64,000 nucleotides of DNA. It comes from Vezdaea acicularis. Lineage: Eukaryota. The notes beneath the pieces were generated by a model. That model saw nothing but the letters and a program-made list of their open reading frames with translations. It was not told the DNA's origin and ran no database searches. This document shows, one piece after another, positions 59,844 to 64,000 of this stretch. A program made the translations under genes and the position numbers. The DNA is taken from contig JAPEUI010000030.1 of the NCBI GenBank assembly GCA_026025075.1, positions 1-64,000 on the forward strand, read 5' to 3'. Numbering within the stretch: position 1 is the stretch's first letter; every line of letters starts with the position of its first letter.

Positions 59844-61319
59844 ATGTCACGTCAAGGTTCTTCCCGTTCAGGTCCTGCAAGCTCGTCAACGGGAAAGACT
59901 ACCCTCCCTAGCAAAGCATTCTCTCACGTCGACTCAGAAGGACATGCTCTTCCGCCATCACCAGCACCGTCGAGCCCTCGCAATGAACGCAAGTATGCTC
60001 TCGCCACAGAATTAGTCTATACAGAAGGAAACGATCAATATAATGCCAGCAGTGTACCTATATACCAGGTCCGTTCAGCCCCTATAGTCACTAAGGGAAC
60101 TAAAGTCACTGACTTTGGTTGAAGTCCGCAACTTTTAAGCAGACGTCGGGCAGTGGAGGTGGAGAATATGACTATACGCGTTCCGGAAACCCGACAAGAA
60201 CCCATCTCGAGCGCCATCTTGCGAAGATCATGGGCGCGACTCGTGCCCTGGTCGTCTCATCGGGAATGGGAGCTTTGGATGTAATCACGAGAATATTGCG
60301 GCCAGGAGATGAAGTGGTCACGGGAGATGATCTGTACGGTGGTACCAACCGACTTTTAAAGTATCTGGCAACGAACAGCGGTATTATCGTCCACCACGTC
60401 GATACCACAGATTTGCAGCGAGTTAAAGAGATTGTGAACGAGAAAACCGCCATGGTACTGCTTGAATCTCCAACGAACCCGCTCATCAAAGTTGTAGACA
60501 TACCTGCAATGGCTACTTTATCCCACGAAGCCAACCCGAGCACTCTCGTGGCAGTCGACAATACTATGCTGTCGCCGATGCTCATGAACCCTCTACAGCT
60601 CGGAGCGGATATAGTTTACGAAAGTGGAACGAAATATCTATCTGGTCACCACGACCTCATGGCTGGGGTCCTTGCTGTCAACGACCCTGCAATTGGTGAC
60701 AAGCTTTTCTTCACAATCAACGCCTCTGGATGTGGTCTCTCTCCTTTCGATTCATGGCTGCTTCTGAGGGGAATTAAGACGTTGGGTGTGCGTATGGAGA
60801 AACAACAGGCCAACGCGCAGCGCATAGCTGAATTTCTAGAATCGCACGGCTTTCGCGTACGGTATCCCGGTCTGAAGTCCCATCCGCAATACGACCTTCA
60901 CTGGTCCATGGCACGCGGTGCTGGAGCTGTCTTGTCCTTTGAGACAGGAGACATTGCGACCAGTGAGCGTATCGTTGAAGCTGCAAGACTCTGGGCCATT
61001 AGCGTAAGCTTTGGTTGTGTCAATAGCTTGATCAGCATGCCTTGTCGTATGAGTCATGCGAGCATTGATGCCAAGACGAGGGAAGAACGCTCTTTGCCTG
61101 AGGACATCATTAGGCTCTGTGTTGGTATTGAAGATCCTGAGGATCTGATTGATGATCTTAGGCGTGCAGTAAGCATCTCTTTCTGTTACTTGAAATTGAA
61201 GTCAAGCTAACATTTCGTAGCTAGTCCAGGCTGGAGCGGTGCATGTCACTTTGAGTGGATTCCATGCGAGAAATGAACAGATGATCGATAATACCAATCC
61301 AACAGATGCATCGGGCTAA
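59844..61319 (+). CDS. STR3: Cystathionine beta-lyase (PLP-dependent)
   Basis: PIYQ|SATFKQ, YDYTRSGNPTR, LESPTNP, YESGTKYLSGHHD, ISVSFGCVNSLISMP; introns 60069-60124 and ~61169-61220. Confidence 0.93.
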
Positions 61320-61693
61320 TGCGGAGTTTAGTATCTTACAGAATTCATCTCAAAAAGAGCTTTAGTGGTCATTCCCCCTCTGGCATATTCTGGCGTCAAT
61401 TCCCATTGTCCGATCTTCGGACAAGAACAAAAGGTTTCTCTGGCTCCCTGTAGATATCATAATAGATCCATTAATATATCATTAATTTACTAAAATATGG
61501 TCGCATGTTGGAAGATGCTCCTATAATTTACTTCATCGTTTATTAGGTAAAGTGGGACAGCGGTTAGAGTGAAACCTTGAATATGACATCGTACCGAACC
61601 CAAATTGTCGCCAAAAAAAAGTTCATCGTTTCCCTAATCCGGTATGACGAAGTCCCCACAACCTTGCTACAATATCCTCCCAAAATCTTAGTA

Positions 61694-62682
61694 ATGGGAT
61701 TGAGTGGGACAGAGCAGAATATCAGTGCATTAGCAAAGCCAGAGTTGAAAGAGGTAATGCCCAAGAGGTGGAACACAAACAATCTCGGTCTTCGATTTGG
61801 TTCAGATGCCCTGTCTGCAGCATGTGCAGCCGGCGGTGTCGTCCCAATTATCACATTAATTGACCGGTACTTCCTGACTCACAAATTAGCATAAGACTAA
61901 AACTCTAACGTCTGAGGTCAGGGCAATATTTGAGAACGCGTCGGGTCGGGCACCGCTTATGACCAGCGTCTTATCCTCCCTGAAGCAGATTCTCTTCCGC
62001 CCTTATACCTTCTTCTTCTCCAAACCCTTTGGCCTTGTTTTCGTACGTCTCTTGTGACCCTTTCCCAATTAGACAGCGTTCTAATGTATTCTTTCCACTT
62101 CAGGCCCTTTATGGCAGCACATATCTTACCGCCAATACCGTCGACACACTCACAAGCACAGTCGAAAACCTTCCCTCTAATACTACAACGAAAGGCGCCA
62201 CCAAATTCTTCGCTGCTAGCACTGTCAATATGACGATCTGCATGTTCAAAGACGCGAAATTTGCGCAACTCTTCGGCGCCGCCAGTGCTCCGCGCTCCAT
62301 CACCAAAGTCTCATACGCGCTGTTCGCAATGCGCGACTCGGCCACTGTCTTCGCCTCCTTTAACGCGCCCAGCATGATAGCCCCTAATCTACCCGTATCC
62401 GAAGCCTGGGAGAAATCAGTCATGTCACGGCAAAGTACTGCACAGATCTTCGCCCCTGCGGTAATGCAATTGCTATCGACGCCCTTCCATCTGCTGGGGA
62501 TCGACATCTACAATAGACCACGGGGTACACAGGGCGTTGGGTGGAGAGAGCGGGCCCAGAAGGTACGGAAGGACTATCTGACGAGCACAGTGGCTAGGAT
62601 GTGCCGGATCGTTCCTGCCTTCGGGATTGGCGGTGTGGTAAACCTGCACGTGCGGCAGAAACTTCTCCTGGGTCTGGACTAA
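61694..62682 (+). CDS. Uncharacterised multi-TM protein, loosely mitochondrial carrier/sideroflexin-like
   Basis: 3 exons; WNTNNLGLR, PIITLIDR|AIFENASG, TYLTANTVD, FAMRDSATVFASFN, QLLSTPFHLLGIDIYNRP, RIVPAFGIGGVVN; start uncertain (61694 or 61757). Confidence 0.7.
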
Positions 62683-63175
62683 ACGTATGGCAGGAGGGGA
62701 AAATTTCATAGAATTCCTGCATTTGCTTGGCCTGTGCGATTCTCGACTCATAGATTAGCATGGTGTTACGATACATTGGGTTGTTATCTGCCTAGAACTA
62801 CATAGCGGCTGGCGTTGTAAGATAGGCTGAGCACGGTATTCGGCAGGCTTATACGTTGGCCGGTCATGTAAAACACAATTTAATATCATATGGAGCATTG
62901 CGGTCTCAGAGCAAAGATCGTAAAGGCTAAGATTTGGCATTGTACTCGCAGACTGGATGGGTTTACGGGCACTGAAGGGAATGTAGAAGGACCTACATGC
63001 TCTCGATCATACGATCCATCACAGGGTCCAAACGAAGCCACCGAAACTAGTGCTATATCTGCATTATGTTGGTATTGCTATACCTCAAGCATGCCTGTAA
63101 CAATTCTATGCTATAGCGGGTCCAGCGAGCCAAGAGCAACCTTGCTCTCCTACCGCTTTAAAAGCAAATTCAGTC

Positions 63176-64000
63176 CTAAGCCCTGACCGCACCTCTATTG
63201 CCCAGCGCACCACCCGTGAACTGGTTACCGCCTGGTCTCCTCTCGCCTTGTCCACCAGTCCTCGCTCCACCACCCCTCCCACCCCCTCTTCCGCCACCAC
63301 CCCGTCCACCTCGACCTCCAGACCTCTCAAATGCATTCGCCGTACCTTGCGTCCTTTGCTCTAGCGTACGCTCGTTCTGCTCAATAAGCCCACTCGCCTT
63401 ATCGCTCAGGGTAAGCGCCAGACTCTGTAACCTACTCAACTCAACGCCCTTACGGAAGATGATGGCACTATTGACTTGATCCATTGCGGCTGCTAGTTCT
63501 TCATGCGAGATCATCTTGGAGATGATGGCGGCGACCTTGCGCTCGCTCAGCTCGAACATGGCGGACAGCGTGGCGACGGAGAGAGTATCATAGAAAGGTT
63601 GGTAGGTGAAGAGATAGGTACGCAGGCCTTCTTCCTGGATTTGCGCCGAGAGCATGGTTTTGATCTTCTCTGGTTGCAGCATTAGGTCCCAGATCTTAAT
63701 CGAATGTATGAAATCTGAGGACTTCTTCCATTCACCAGCAGCGAGCGCTTTCGAGGCTTGCATGACGTGGTCACGCGTGTTTTCGGGCGGACCGGTGAAG
63801 ATTTGACGTTCATGGTATTCGAGCATACGGCGGAAGGTCTTGCTGATGACGCGCTTCTTAACTTCAGGGTTTGAGCCGGTTTGTGCAAGGAGAGGGATCT
63901 CGAGGAGCATTGAACAAGTGAGATAAACGCATTCAAGAAACTCTAGGTTGATGTGCATGTGGAAGGGAAGTTGACGTTGTCGCTCCAATTTCTCTTGTTC
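63176..64000 (-). CDS. NIP1: Translation initiation factor eIF3 subunit c, 3' part (runs off the window)
   Basis: [38 protein letters not shown]-domain region, RGG-rich tail. Confidence 0.94.
   Translation of the reverse strand, partial: EQEKLERQRQLPFHMHINLEFLECVYLTCSMLLEIPLLAQTGSNPEVKKRVISKTFRRMLEYHERQIFTGPPENTRDHVMQASKALAAGEWKKSSDFIHSIKIWDLMLQPEKIKTMLSAQIQEEGLRTYLFTYQPFYDTLSVATLSAMFELSERKVAAIISKMISHEELAAAMDQVNSAIIFRKGVELSRLQSLALTLSDKASGLIEQNERTLEQRTQGTANAFERSGGRGGRGGGGRGGGRGGGARTGGQGERRPGGNQFTGGALGNRGAVRA

Noticed and set aside
1..64000. CRISPR arrays, tRNA/rRNA genes, transposase or reverse transcriptase ORFs, PKS/NRPS cluster, telomeric arrays, cryptic peroxisomal readthrough
   Set aside because: None seen; repeats are simple micro- or minisatellites, and none of the gene ends checked has a TGA-CTA context

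Overview
Gene-dense, intron-containing nuclear DNA from a filamentous ascomycete (Pezizomycotina-type GT-AG introns of about 45-120 nt with CTRAY branch points). I can build 26 protein-coding gene models, about one per 2.5 kb. Most are conserved housekeeping genes: a RING-H2 membrane E3 ligase, LEU1, ALG7, SEH1, a NiCoT nickel permease, AFG1, ATP19, MTP18, HOS3, MSB2, PRD1, HAUS6, an HD nucleotidase, FarA/Ctf1-alpha, MCD4, Csm1/Pcs1, MSP1, STR3 and a partial eIF3c. Several genes are absent or fragmented in the ORF track because of short exons: a 75-aa membrane microprotein, ATP19, and three secreted or Cys-rich orphans. I found no tRNA, rRNA, CRISPR array, intact transposon or secondary-metabolite cluster, and I cannot claim a new multi-gene system. 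The best leads are (1) an ATG-less, probably CUG-initiated targeting extension on the M3 peptidase, (2) four consecutive mitochondrial genes including an uncharacterised 943-aa protein, (3) a 15-bp inverted repeat enclosing about 310 nt upstream of MSB2, (4) FarA core sites inside a farA intron between micro-exons, (5) a perfect 20-bp palindrome in a divergent promoter, and (6) frequent AAG splice acceptors. Gene names come from recognised protein motifs and splice models were read by eye; no database search was run.
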